The translations under genes were made by a program, and so were the position numbers. Below the pieces are notes generated by a model. The model saw nothing but the letters and a program-made list of their open reading frames with translations. It did no database searches and was not told the DNA's origin. Below, piece by piece: positions 1 to 9,175 of a DNA stretch of 25,134 nucleotides (its first letter is position 1; each line of letters opens with the position of its first letter). This DNA comes from Candidatus Firestoneibacteriota bacterium (GTDB lineage Bacteria; Oederibacteriota; D2-FULL-39-29; JBDRBU01): positions 1 to 25,134 of the forward strand of contig JBDRBU010000072.1 of the NCBI GenBank assembly GCA_043822305.1, in the 5' to 3' direction.

Positions 1-56
1 TTAAAAGCTTCTAATGCTACTCGTCCCTTGAATCCTGCTTCAAACTTTTTCTTCAT
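1..56 (-). CDS. IS3-family transposase OrfA, N-terminus (partial)
   Basis: ATG at 56 after AAGGAGGGTCTAAA translates MKKKFEAGFKGRVALEAF..., matching the typical 'KKFxxEFKAKVALEA' start of HTH_Tnp_1 OrfA proteins. Confidence 0.8.
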   Translation of the reverse strand, partial: MKKKFEAGFKGRVALEAF

Positions 57-141
57 TTTAGACCCTCCTTAGGCTTTATTATACATAATTTTTCACCTTA
101 AAACCTGCCTAAAAGTGGCCCAGTTTTTCTAGACTATTATA
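1..141 (-). mobile_element. IS3-family insertion sequence, left end (continues beyond window)
   Basis: The minus strand reads TATAATAGTCTAGAAAAACTGGGCCAC... from 141, exactly where the upstream gene breaks off. A TATAAT (78-83), an SD AAGGAGG and a transposase-like ORF start follow. The boundary is inferred; the other end is outside the window. Confidence 0.75.
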
Positions 142-983
142 GATATTCAAACTTGTCTTCCCTCATAAAACTTTTGTCAGTCCTGAAACTTAATAACCTG
201 ATACTTTTTCTGATAAAATCTTCTGCTTGTTCAAGCATTTCCCATAATGTACCTGTACAATCTATTCTATCAATTGCCGGATGAGTAACTTTTATTCCCT
301 TAATTTTAACCACTCTTAACTGGGATTGGACATAAAATCTCTGCGGATTCTCAGCAAAAAACAGAATCCCGGCATTAGTTGGGATAAATTCTTCCCCTGC
401 TTTATGCACTGCGCCAATATTTATCAGTACTTTTTTAAAAGACATCTTTGCCGGTTTCTTTATTTTTCTTATTTCTTCTCTTTTCTTTAAATACCAGTTA
501 ACTTTATTTTTATTTATATCTGTTATATCGGAACCCTTGCAAATTTGTTTATCAAAATGTAATTTTTCTCTATGTTTCTCAATTATTGAATTTTCGTATT
601 CGTCCTTACTCATTTTCATGGTAGATTTGCCAACTCTGATATATGGTTTGCCAAACGCAAGTGTTAGTTTATCCGGTGATTCTTTTACATCAACGACTAT
701 TATTTCTTTATCCTCAATCTTTTTTACAGTAATCCTGGGATGAACTTTTGGATCTGTATGTTGCGATATTTCATTAGTAAGATTTTCAATGGTATTTTTT
801 ATTTTTACCTATCTGAACACCAACTAATGAACCGTGCTTTGAAATTCCTATAAAAACCTTTCCACCTTCAGTATTACAAAAAGCAGAAACAGTCTCAATA
901 ATTTCATTTATCTGAGATAAAGACGGTTTCCACTCTATGACTATGGATTCACTATTACCTATTATTTCAGTTAGATTTTTCAT
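142..983 (-). pseudogene. AlbA_2 (Schlafen-like) domain / RecG-C-terminal-like (HATPase_c_4) regulator, frameshifted and IS-truncated
   Basis: ORF 786-983 has ESxxIEWK and 'VSAFCNTEGGKVFIGI' (AlbA_2). After a shift at ~794-800 it continues TIENLTNEISQHTDPK...YIRVGKST into ORF 137-619 (PTNAGILFF). It ends at 'KFEY' where the family continues EYP..ALREA. Confidence 0.85.
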
Positions 984-1192
984 ATAATTATCTTGTATTG
1001 TATCATTTTTATAGCCAGAAATCTATAAATTATTTTAACGTACATTATTTTTCATCGCATTATCTTTTTTATCAGCATTAAGCGTTTTTTTTCGTTTTAC
1101 TTTTATTTCGGGAATTATATTTTCATTTGATATATTCTCCAAAAACACCACCCCAAAAACTTCTTAAGATGCTTTATATGGAATCAAATACC

Positions 1193-1343
1193 TGTGACCA
1201 AATTGTGACTACTTTTATGTCAAAAACAGTGAATAGCGTAAAATGGCGTGAAATGTTTTTAGATGTAAAAGCGTTGTGGTGTAAGGATTTTGTTGAATTT
1301 TAAGGAGTTTTCAAAACCCTTACAGGGGTTTAGGAAACCTCTG
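1193..1343. other. Putative attachment site (attL/attR) of a tyrosine-integrase element
   Basis: Core CAGGGGT-TTAGGAA-ACCTCTG (1323-1343): imperfect inverted repeats around a 7-bp spacer equal to the tRNA anticodon loop. TGTGAC direct repeats at 1193 and 1204 (11-bp period). GCGT(A/G)AAATG tandem at 1236-1255. Confidence 0.65.
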
Positions 1344-1368
1344 CTCTATCCATTTGAGCTACGGGCGC
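1327..1368 (-). tRNA. tRNA-Arg(CCT), 5' half only (no T-arm or 3' acceptor strand)
   Basis: GCGCCCG-TA-GCTC-AAATGGATA-GAGC-A-GAGGT-TTCCTAA-ACC gives acceptor 5' strand, D-arm and anticodon arm with CCT (1332-1334). No GTTCRA T-loop or CGGGCGC follows. Confidence 0.88.
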
Positions 1369-1390
1369 CAGTATTTATTTTTAGCCCCTT

Positions 1391-2092
1391 TTAATGAGTT
1401 AGAGCATAAATTACGATATTTATTGACATTTGGTATGATTCTTTTGTCTTTTTTTCTCCAAAATATTTATCTATATTGTTCCAGCCACAATGTAAATCTG
1501 TTGACATGGCCAGTATCATTAATCTTCCTTTATCATCATGTAATCCCCAGGCACCATTAGGCGAACCCTGACAGTATGGCAAACCTTTGGGCATATCAAA
1601 ATGACAGCAGAATATTTCATGATCATTTTGAAGTATTTCCATTTTTCTGCCTGGAAATATTTGTGTTTCAACTGTTTTTTTAAAAAACTGAAAGAAAAAA
1701 TCACCTCTTGTGTTAGCCAGTACACAATCATCTGCCCAAATAAATCCACCCCTTAAACAATACTCTTTCATATTTTTTATCTCTATATCAGTAAATTTTA
1801 CTTCTGTCTCTGCATGCATGAATAATATTGGAAACTTTGTAATCTCGTCTAATTTTTCAAGAGTTGCAAAATTTACTTTCATCTCTGGTTTTACGGTAGA
1901 AGCTTTTTCTAATTCCTTTAAAAACATTAAATCCTCATCCAAATCAGAGTCCCATTTATCCTGATTTCCACCAACTCCAATGCCTGTTCCCAGAAATTTT
2001 ACTCTTACCCATTGAAACTTTTCTTCGGATAAACTTAAATTTACCGAAGATAATATAAAAACTAAAACTATCAAAAATTTAAAGTGTTTCAT
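1391..2092 (-). CDS. DUF4159 domain exported protein
   Basis: Signal peptide; motifs FPILFM, GGFIWADD, HEIFxxHF and GRLMIL..TDLHCGW, recalled as typical of DUF4159. Confidence 0.8.
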   Translation of the reverse strand: MKHFKFLIVLVFILSSVNLSLSEEKFQWVRVKFLGTGIGVGGNQDKWDSDLDEDLMFLKELEKASTVKPEMKVNFATLEKLDEITKFPILFMHAETEVKFTDIEIKNMKEYCLRGGFIWADDCVLANTRGDFFFQFFKKTVETQIFPGRKMEILQNDHEIFCCHFDMPKGLPYCQGSPNGAWGLHDDKGRLMILAMSTDLHCGWNNIDKYFGEKKTKESYQMSINIVIYALTH

Positions 2093-2102
2093 TTTTTACC
2101 CC

Positions 2103-2870
2103 CTATTTTCCTGATTGCGCTTTTTTTACCCGTTCTAAAGCACTTTTTAATTTCAATTTTGTTTTTGGATTGTTTTCTTCCTCTACCCTTTTTTCAAAAG
2201 TTTCAATCCAAACTTTTTTCATCTTGGGTATTTCTATCTTGTTTAAAATATCCGCTATTAAATCTCTTATTTCTTCCTGTTTTTCTTCTTCTAAAGCATC
2301 TATCATGGCTAAGGCCGCTAATTTTCCGCCAATTTTCGCTACTGATTGAATGGCCATTTTTCTAATTGCATGTGCTTTATCTTCCATAGCCATCATTAAA
2401 AATGGAATGGCAGATTTGTCATTAGATTCTGTTAATATTGCAATTACCTTTTTTCTGGTTTCTGATTTTTTATCTTTAATGAAAAGTCCTACGGCTGATA
2501 AAATATCCTTATCTTTTCTATATTTACTCTTTGATATTCCATCTAAAATACCATTAATTATATCTCCCTTGGAATCTTTAAGAGTTACAATTAAATCTTT
2601 TAACTGAAACAAAATTTCCTTACTATCAAAATTTCCAATCTGGTTAGCACAAGCAACCCTAAGACCATAATCTTCTTTCTCATTGCAAATAATTTCTAAA
2701 AAAATAGGTCCTATTTCTTTTATGTTTTCTTTGCCAAGCGATTTGGCTAAGGCGGCTCTTAATAATGGACTTTCTGTAGTGTCTTTCAACTGATTTATTC
2801 TTTTATCTTCAGAAAATATTAAAACAGGAAAAATAAATAAAATTACAAAAAATACAACAATTTTTTTCAT
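2103..2870 (-). CDS. HEAT-repeat exported protein
   Basis: Signal peptide; repeated 'LRxAxAxxLG', 'D....IRKMAIQSVAKIG' HEAT-like units. Confidence 0.8.
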   Translation of the reverse strand: MKKIVVFFVILFIFPVLIFSEDKRINQLKDTTESPLLRAALAKSLGKENIKEIGPIFLEIICNEKEDYGLRVACANQIGNFDSKEILFQLKDLIVTLKDSKGDIINGILDGISKSKYRKDKDILSAVGLFIKDKKSETRKKVIAILTESNDKSAIPFLMMAMEDKAHAIRKMAIQSVAKIGGKLAALAMIDALEEEKQEEIRDLIADILNKIEIPKMKKVWIETFEKRVEEENNPKTKLKLKSALERVKKAQSGK

Positions 2871-2892
2871 AATATCACTGAGCCTCTACTAA

Positions 2893-2921
2893 AGTATATA
2901 TTAAAAACCTTGTCTTGTCAA
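2893..2921 (-). promoter_or_regulatory. Sigma70-type promoter for the HEAT-DUF4159-tRNA half unit
   Basis: TTGACA (2916-2921), 17-nt spacer, TATACT (2893-2898); the -10 lies 22 nt before the ATG at 2870. Confidence 0.7.
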
Positions 2922-3655
2922 ATAATTTCCAATATTTCTTCTTTTACCCAACCTTTAAGGTTCTCGGATTTAAGGAATATCTCATACCAGTTATTACGAG
3001 TCTGCAGGATTTGGACTTTTTTACCTTCAGGGATAGTAAAAGAGACCGGGTAATCATTTTGAGGGGCAGATCTTGATTCGGCTAAAGATTCAATTACAAT
3101 TGCATAAATTATATTTTCATTCTGATATATTCTTGCACCTGTCCAGATTAATAATAGTAAAAACAAAATTCCAAAACCAACATTTAACCAGTAAATCAAC
3201 TCTATTTTCCTGAACATGTAAAAGAATAAAAGACTAATAAGGATGAAAAGAATTATAGAGGTAAGTAAAACAAGTTCGTTTAAAGTTGCAAAGTTATACA
3301 ATTGATTTAAAAATTTGCTCGCTACATCTTCAACCGTAGTTTCTTTTACAAAACTTTTAACATAATCTAAATTATACTTTATATCCGGATCTCTTGGAGA
3401 AATTTTTAATGCTTTTTCATAATACAGTATGGAATAACCGACTTTTTTATCTTTAAGATAAGCATTACCAAGGTTATAGTAAACTTCCGCACTTCTTTGC
3501 CCAGAATTTAATAATTCCTTATAGTTATTAATTGCTTCTGAATATTTTTCACTTTCATAAAGTTTATTAGCTCCTGCAAATTTTTCAACGAAATTCTGAC
3601 TTTGGGAAAAACCAGCAGAACTAAGTAATACGGCCAACAGTAATAATTTTCTCAT
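2918..3655 (-). CDS. batE: BatE-like TPR + SH3 domain protein
   Basis: TPR 'YYNLGNAY...ILYYEKALKISPRD..IKYNL', two TM helices, C-terminal SH3b 'PEGKKV...WYEI...GWV'; last gene of the bat cluster. Confidence 0.85.
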   Translation of the reverse strand: MRKLLLLAVLLSSAGFSQSQNFVEKFAGANKLYESEKYSEAINNYKELLNSGQRSAEVYYNLGNAYLKDKKVGYSILYYEKALKISPRDPDIKYNLDYVKSFVKETTVEDVASKFLNQLYNFATLNELVLLTSIILFILISLLFFYMFRKIELIYWLNVGFGILFLLLLIWTGARIYQNENIIYAIVIESLAESRSAPQNDYPVSFTIPEGKKVQILQTRNNWYEIFLKSENLKGWVKEEILEII

Positions 3656-5421
3656 AAAACCCTCTCAAGTTTGGAAATAGTCTCCTGAATAGACTCAGTA
3701 AGTTTTGTTAAATTTGTTTGAGTATTCCTTGATGGAGCAAACCGCACAAAATGAATTTGTTCTATTAATCCATTGGTATCATTAATAAGAGACTCTTCCG
3801 CCTTTTTTAATAAACTTTGTTTAATTTCCTCTTTTGTTAATCCTGCTGACTCTTTACCAATCTTATCGGCAATATACTCTGTTAAAACATTCTCAAGTGC
3901 AGCATAATTTTCGTCCGGTTTATTAGTGTTAATTAGTTTATAAATATTTTTTAATCCTTTCATGGCTTTAGCATATGCTCTTGATGCTCTTAAACCTATT
4001 TCATCTTTTTTTCTTCTTTTGTTGAACTGTCTCACCGGCCAGGCCATAAGCAATCCAATGGGTAAAGATAAAATTATTATTACAAAAACAAGATTCTTAT
4101 ACAGTAATGGTCTTTCAAAAGCAATTTTTTGCTTTATATACCTTATATCTTTTCCTAATATTTTTACACCTTCAGGAGATAAGGCTACTACTTGTCTAGG
4201 AGTTTCCTCTTTAGTCCCTTGTTTTACTAAAAATTCCATGGGTGATGAACTACTTATTTTGTATTTTTTTTCAATATAATCAAAGAATGAATATCTCACC
4301 GAAGGGATTGTTGATTTACCGGATTTTCTAGGAACTATCACCGTTTTAAATACTTTTGACCCAGATACTTCATAATTATCTTTATTTATATTTAAACTTG
4401 ATACTGTTTCATATTTTTTGAATTCATTCTCATCAATAGAAACTACTGGTTCTGTAACAGACTTAATATTTCCCAGACCTGAAATTGTAATAGTTAAAGT
4501 AACCGGGTCATTTGTCTTTAACTCTTTTTTATCTACCTGTGCCTTTATATTAAAAACACCTACTGTTCCACTAAAATTAGATGGCTTACCTACCGATGGT
4601 AGAGGTAAAACATTTATGCTCATTGATTTACTTTCTAAAGAAATATTTTTACCTCTTGAAAATATTCCCCTAAAAAAATTGTCAGAGAAATCATCCGATG
4701 AAGAATCATTAATAACGCAATTTACATATGCCTGGCCAATTGTATATTCACCTGGTGATAAGGGAAAAAGTGCTGTTTTTATTTCCGTAATCATATACTC
4801 CAGACCATTTGCAATTTCCTTAAAATTTCTTTGCGGTGGTAAATCTTCAATCCAGAATCCTGTCGTCTCAGGTGGTTTATATTGTGGCTGCTGCAGAAAA
4901 CCTATCCTGGTATAAAGTCTAAACGACATTATTACTGGTTCATTCACATAAACCTTATTTTTATTTAAGGTAACACTAATAAAAACATCTTCTTTGCTCG
5001 TTATGTTTGTTTTTCTAATCGTCCCTGTTTGTTTCTGTGTAGATGATTTCACAACTTCTATATTTATATGGTTTGTTTTATAAGTTTTACCTTTATACTC
5101 AATACTAAATGAAGGGATAGCAAACTTCCCAACCCCTTTTGGAGTTAATGTGTAATTATAAACTATAGAAACTGCTGATGAAATTCGTCCATTCACAAAA
5201 GAAAAGTTCTGTGATTGATTCTGTCCCCTGGAGTAAACATTAAAATCAGACATCTCGGGAGAAACTAAATTCGGCAAGGATGATGCATTTCCAGAGACAG
5301 TTACCTGAAGTAAAATTTCATCATTTACTTCAACCTGATTTTTATCAACACTGGCTGTTATTGAAACATCTTCTCCAAATATTATATTTGTTAAAAGAAT
5401 TAAAAGTATTACAGCTCTCAT
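3652..5421 (-). CDS. batD: BatD-family protein
   Basis: 'ASVDKNQV' start, repeated Ig-like BatD domains, 'FSGTVGVF', 'ISGLGNI', 'DIRYIK' and a TM helix near the C-terminus. Confidence 0.9.
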   Translation of the reverse strand: MRAVILLILLTNIIFGEDVSITASVDKNQVEVNDEILLQVTVSGNASSLPNLVSPEMSDFNVYSRGQNQSQNFSFVNGRISSAVSIVYNYTLTPKGVGKFAIPSFSIEYKGKTYKTNHINIEVVKSSTQKQTGTIRKTNITSKEDVFISVTLNKNKVYVNEPVIMSFRLYTRIGFLQQPQYKPPETTGFWIEDLPPQRNFKEIANGLEYMITEIKTALFPLSPGEYTIGQAYVNCVINDSSSDDFSDNFFRGIFSRGKNISLESKSMSINVLPLPSVGKPSNFSGTVGVFNIKAQVDKKELKTNDPVTLTITISGLGNIKSVTEPVVSIDENEFKKYETVSSLNINKDNYEVSGSKVFKTVIVPRKSGKSTIPSVRYSFFDYIEKKYKISSSSPMEFLVKQGTKEETPRQVVALSPEGVKILGKDIRYIKQKIAFERPLLYKNLVFVIIILSLPIGLLMAWPVRQFNKRRKKDEIGLRASRAYAKAMKGLKNIYKLINTNKPDENYAALENVLTEYIADKIGKESAGLTKEEIKQSLLKKAEESLINDTNGLIEQIHFVRFAPSRNTQTNLTKLTESIQETISKLERVL

Positions 5422-5424
5422 AAT

Positions 5425-6156
5425 TTACCAATCCTCTTCAACTTCACCCCAGATAAAATCTTTAGATTGTTTTTTTTGTTCCATCGCTTTCTTCTCATCG
5501 CTTTCCAATGCTTTAAGAACTCTTTCCGCATCTTCTTTTGCCATTTTATCTTTTTTTTCTTCTTTTTCGCTTTTCTCGCTTTCTTTGCTTTCTTTCTTTT
5601 CTTTACCTTTTTCACTTTCCTTGCTTTCCTTACTTTCTTTACCTTCCTTGCTTTCTTTACTTTCCTTATTTTTGTCCATATTTTCTTTTATTTTCTTTTG
5701 CACAAATTCATAATTATATTTAGCATCTTTATCATTTGGAGTCAATTCCAAGCACTTCTTATAAAACTGAATTGATTCGGGTAATTTCCCAAGCCTGTAT
5801 AAACTATTACCAATATTATAATAACTTTTGGATTGCAACTTAATATCCTTACTGTAAGTTGCTTTTTCAAATTCCTTTATAGCTTCTTCATTCTTCTCTA
5901 ACTTATACTTTGCATCCCCGCTGTTAAAATGTAAAATTGTGCTTTCTGGTTCATCAATCTGTGCATCCAAATATTTTGAAAGTGCATCTTCATATTTGCC
6001 TTTTTTATAAAGTTTATTACCTTTATCTATTTTGCTTTTGATACCTGCATATGACAAATTTGATAAGCATAATAACAGGACGACAAGCAAAACAATAACT
6101 GCTTTATCTGTGAAATCTTTCTTTTTTATCTGTATCATTTTTTCCAGGGTAGCCAT
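5425..6156 (-). CDS. batC: BatC-like TPR protein
   Basis: GNKLYK, YYNIGN, 'P.DKDAKYNYE', charged KES low-complexity linker, C-terminal 'AERVLKALE...EDW'. Confidence 0.85.
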   Translation of the reverse strand: MATLEKMIQIKKKDFTDKAVIVLLVVLLLCLSNLSYAGIKSKIDKGNKLYKKGKYEDALSKYLDAQIDEPESTILHFNSGDAKYKLEKNEEAIKEFEKATYSKDIKLQSKSYYNIGNSLYRLGKLPESIQFYKKCLELTPNDKDAKYNYEFVQKKIKENMDKNKESKESKEGKESKESKESEKGKEKKESKESEKSEKEEKKDKMAKEDAERVLKALESDEKKAMEQKKQSKDFIWGEVEEDW

Positions 6157-7154
6157 ATACCTTTCCTTTCGGAGATAATCATCTCAGTCAGTAGTAGTAA
6201 TACAGAAAATAAAACAAAAATTTGGTATCTGTTTTCATATTTTATATATGTTGTGCTTTTTAATTCTTTCTTTTCCATATTAGATATATCTTCATAAATT
6301 CTATCTAACTCCATTTCGGATTCTGTCGCTCTGTAATATTTACCTCCCGTTTCTAAAGCTATCTTTTGTAAAAGCAACTCATCAAGTTTACTTGAAACCA
6401 CCTCGCCTTTTTTATTCTTTTTATAACCAGACACTTTACCCATTTCATTATAAATCGGAATTAGTTCTCCTTCTAACTTGCCTATTCCAACCGTATAGAT
6501 TTTTATCCCTTCTTTTTTGGCTAAAGTAGTTGCACCAAGTGGGTCACTCTTATGATCCTCCCCATCTGTTAAAAGAATTAAGGTTTTATACTTCCTCTCA
6601 TTTTGTGAAAAACTTTTCATGGCTAACCTTATGGCCTCTCCAAGAGATGTTCCTGGTTTTGGAATTAAATTTGTATCAATATTATTTAAAAGCATCTTAG
6701 CCGCACTATAATCTAAAGTTAAAGGACACTGTAAAAAAGCAACACCAGCAAAGGCAACTATTCCTATTCTATCGTTTTTCATTTTATTAATAAGTAAAGA
6801 CAAACTATCTTTTGCCTTTGTCATTCTATCTGGTTTCATATCCTTGGCTAACATACTTACCGAACAATCAACGGCAATTATTATATCTACTCCAGACCTT
6901 CTTATTTCAACAAGTTTACCTCCAACTAAAGGCCCTGATATCGAGATAATCAAAAAAAGGACAGCCGTTATAACTAAAATTATTTTCAATACTCTTTTTC
7001 TATTATTTAAATTACTCGATAATCTGGCCACAGCAGATTCACTTGCAAATTTCCTTAAAGAAGAAATTCTATTTTTCCAGGCAAATATAAAAAACACAAT
7101 TAAAAATGGAATAAATATTAACACATATAAAAACCATGAATATTCAAAATGCAT
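6135..7154 (-). CDS. batB: BatB-like VWA domain protein
   Basis: MIDAS DCSVSM, 'DRIGIVAFAG', 'PLTLDY', 'TDGEDH'; N- and C-terminal TM segments. Confidence 0.9.
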   Translation of the reverse strand: MHFEYSWFLYVLIFIPFLIVFFIFAWKNRISSLRKFASESAVARLSSNLNNRKRVLKIILVITAVLFLIISISGPLVGGKLVEIRRSGVDIIIAVDCSVSMLAKDMKPDRMTKAKDSLSLLINKMKNDRIGIVAFAGVAFLQCPLTLDYSAAKMLLNNIDTNLIPKPGTSLGEAIRLAMKSFSQNERKYKTLILLTDGEDHKSDPLGATTLAKKEGIKIYTVGIGKLEGELIPIYNEMGKVSGYKKNKKGEVVSSKLDELLLQKIALETGGKYYRATESEMELDRIYEDISNMEKKELKSTTYIKYENRYQIFVLFSVLLLLTEMIISERKGIWLPWKK

Positions 7155-7175
7155 ATTTTATAAACCTCCGAAACG

Positions 7176-7203
7176 GAGTCGGGGTCGTCCCTGACCCCGA
7201 CTC
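7176..7203. repeat. GC-rich perfect inverted repeat (REP-like / mRNA hairpin) between batA and batB
   Basis: GAGTCGGGGTC-GTCCCT-GACCCCGACTC, an 11-bp perfect stem in an AT-rich context. Confidence 0.75.
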
Positions 7204-7223
7204 AGACCTCTTTTGAATTTTAT

Positions 7224-8213
7224 TTACGGTATCTTACCTAATAAAGTATTTCCTAATATTATTTCAGTAAATAATAATATCATGGCCGGTATTAAAAAGT
7301 AAATATAAAGTTCGGTATATTCAGTATACTCGGTTACTTTTATTTCTGTTTTTTCCATTTTATCTATTTGCTTATATATATCTTTAAGCGCTTCGGATGA
7401 AGTTGCTCTAAAATACTGTCCTCCAGTTTCATCAGCAATCTGTTTTAATGTCCCTTCATCTAAATCTTCTTTTATATAAACATATCTTTTGCCAAAGACA
7501 GGGTCATCAACAGGATACGGGGCAGAACCAATAGTTCCAACTCCTATTGTGTATATTTTAATACCAAATGTAGAAGATAATTTAGAAGAAGTTACAGGGT
7601 CTACCTGTCCCATGTTATTTCTACCATCAGTTAGAAGTATGACTACTTTACTTTTAGCCTGGCTATCTTTTAATCTATTTATACTTGTCCCAATAGCATT
7701 TCCTATTGCCGTTCCATCGGTTTGGGTCATGCCAATCTCAACATTCTTCATAAAATCAATAGCAGACCCATAATCGTTTGTTAAAGGACACTGCAGCAGA
7801 CTAATAGCCGAAAAAACCACTATGCCAATTCTATCATATTTTCTTCCTTTAATAAAATCTATAGCCACAGATTTTCCTACTTCAAGGCGATTTTTTGGCT
7901 TAAAGTCTTCTGCTTTCATACTTCCGGAAGTATCCATGCATAATATTATATCTATTCCTTTTGTAGCAATTTCTTCAGTCTTTAAACCCGATTGGGGCCG
8001 GCACAGTCCAAGAATTAAAAATGTTAATATTATTATTCTTAAAATTGGAATAATAAATATTTTTTTTGATGAAACATTCCCTAATCCTTTAAACAATCTA
8101 AAATCAGGAAAAAGTAATGCAGTTTTTTTTGCTTTATCTCTTTCAAAAAAATACCACCCAGCAATCAACAATAAAATCAGTAGTAAAAAATATAATGGTG
8201 AAGCAAATCTCAT
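7224..8213 (-). CDS. batA: BatA-like VWA domain protein
   Basis: 'MRFASP', 'RPQ', MIDAS DTSGSM, 'GTAIG', 'ILLTDG.NN.G', 'TGGQYFRA'. Confidence 0.92.
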   Translation of the reverse strand: MRFASPLYFLLLILLLIAGWYFFERDKAKKTALLFPDFRLFKGLGNVSSKKIFIIPILRIIILTFLILGLCRPQSGLKTEEIATKGIDIILCMDTSGSMKAEDFKPKNRLEVGKSVAIDFIKGRKYDRIGIVVFSAISLLQCPLTNDYGSAIDFMKNVEIGMTQTDGTAIGNAIGTSINRLKDSQAKSKVVILLTDGRNNMGQVDPVTSSKLSSTFGIKIYTIGVGTIGSAPYPVDDPVFGKRYVYIKEDLDEGTLKQIADETGGQYFRATSSEALKDIYKQIDKMEKTEIKVTEYTEYTELYIYFLIPAMILLFTEIILGNTLLGKIP

Positions 8214-9175
8214 TCTTTTTCCTCCGATTTTACATCCGATGTAAAATCGTCTTTTGTTAAATCTATAATATTTAAAGCAATCGCATAATCATTTTTTATC
8301 ATATCTTCCCCTGGAATATATTTTGCAAATTTCACTAAATCACTTTCATCAAGGAAATCTTTTATCAAACTTAATTCTTTGATCTTTATTTTTTTAGATT
8401 CTTTCATTTCTTTATAGGCTTCAAGTGTAGTTCTTTCAATAATTGGTATTTTAAACCTTGATTCTAAATAACTTCTTATGATTTCGGATAAAATTATATA
8501 GTATTCCTTTATCTTTCCTTCCTTAAATAAACCCAACTCTCCTAATTTTTTAAGCCTTTCATATGCAATTTCATGGGGCGGTCTATCTGGTTCAATTTCT
8601 TTCATTATTTTACTTAAATTGCGGTTCTTTAGATATCTTATTAATAAATAAATGCTTAAAGCAATTAATGGTATTAGGGCTAATACAATATAAAATACTG
8701 CGGGGTATCCTATTTTCTCTGGTGGTTTTATATCTCTTATATCATCTTTATCTGATGAAGATGGTTTTACACTTTCTACATTAATATATATCTTGTTTGA
8801 TTTTATTTCTTTTTCTGTTCCGCTTCCGCGATCTTTATATTTTACGGAAATTTCAGGGATAATGTATGTTCCTGTTGTCCAAGTAGTTAACACTAATTTA
8901 TATTCAGTAGTAGTTTTTGTCCACCCTTTTTTAGGCCCTATTATAGAATGGTCTTTTATTTCAAACGCCTTGAAGTAAGGAGATAAATCCACTGGCAATA
9001 ATTCAATATTTTTATTGTTTTCTATTTTTAAGGAAAAATTAATTTTATCGCCAATAGTTATTTTATTTTTACTAACAGTTGTATTTACTGAAACTGGCTC
9101 ATTACTTCCAAAAATCAGTGATACAAAAAATATTAAAAATAAAAAGACACTATTTGTTTTTGAAAATATCCTCAT
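8210..9175 (-). CDS. BatD-like / DUF4381-type membrane protein of bat clusters
   Basis: Signal peptide, 'ITIGD', 'DIRDIKPP', TM helix, 'PPHEIA..L', 'ERTT.E', 'SDLVKFAK'. Confidence 0.8.
   Translation of the reverse strand: MRIFSKTNSVFLFLIFFVSLIFGSNEPVSVNTTVSKNKITIGDKINFSLKIENNKNIELLPVDLSPYFKAFEIKDHSIIGPKKGWTKTTTEYKLVLTTWTTGTYIIPEISVKYKDRGSGTEKEIKSNKIYINVESVKPSSSDKDDIRDIKPPEKIGYPAVFYIVLALIPLIALSIYLLIRYLKNRNLSKIMKEIEPDRPPHEIAYERLKKLGELGLFKEGKIKEYYIILSEIIRSYLESRFKIPIIERTTLEAYKEMKESKKIKIKELSLIKDFLDESDLVKFAKYIPGEDMIKNDYAIALNIIDLTKDDFTSDVKSEEKE

Noticed and set aside
1040..1150. Short Lys/Asn-rich minus-strand reading frame upstream of the AlbA_2 pseudogene
   Set aside because: About 35 codons, no recognisable motif or clear start; expected by chance in AT-rich DNA.
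1290..1368. Complete or group I intron-containing tRNA-Arg(CCT)
   Set aside because: No T-arm or 3' acceptor strand is found downstream, and there is no intron-like core; the sequence runs into att-like repeats and a pseudogene.
5560..5670. 9-bp degenerate repeats in batC
   Set aside because: They encode the KES/KEG charged linker; a low-complexity linker is normal for BatC-like proteins.
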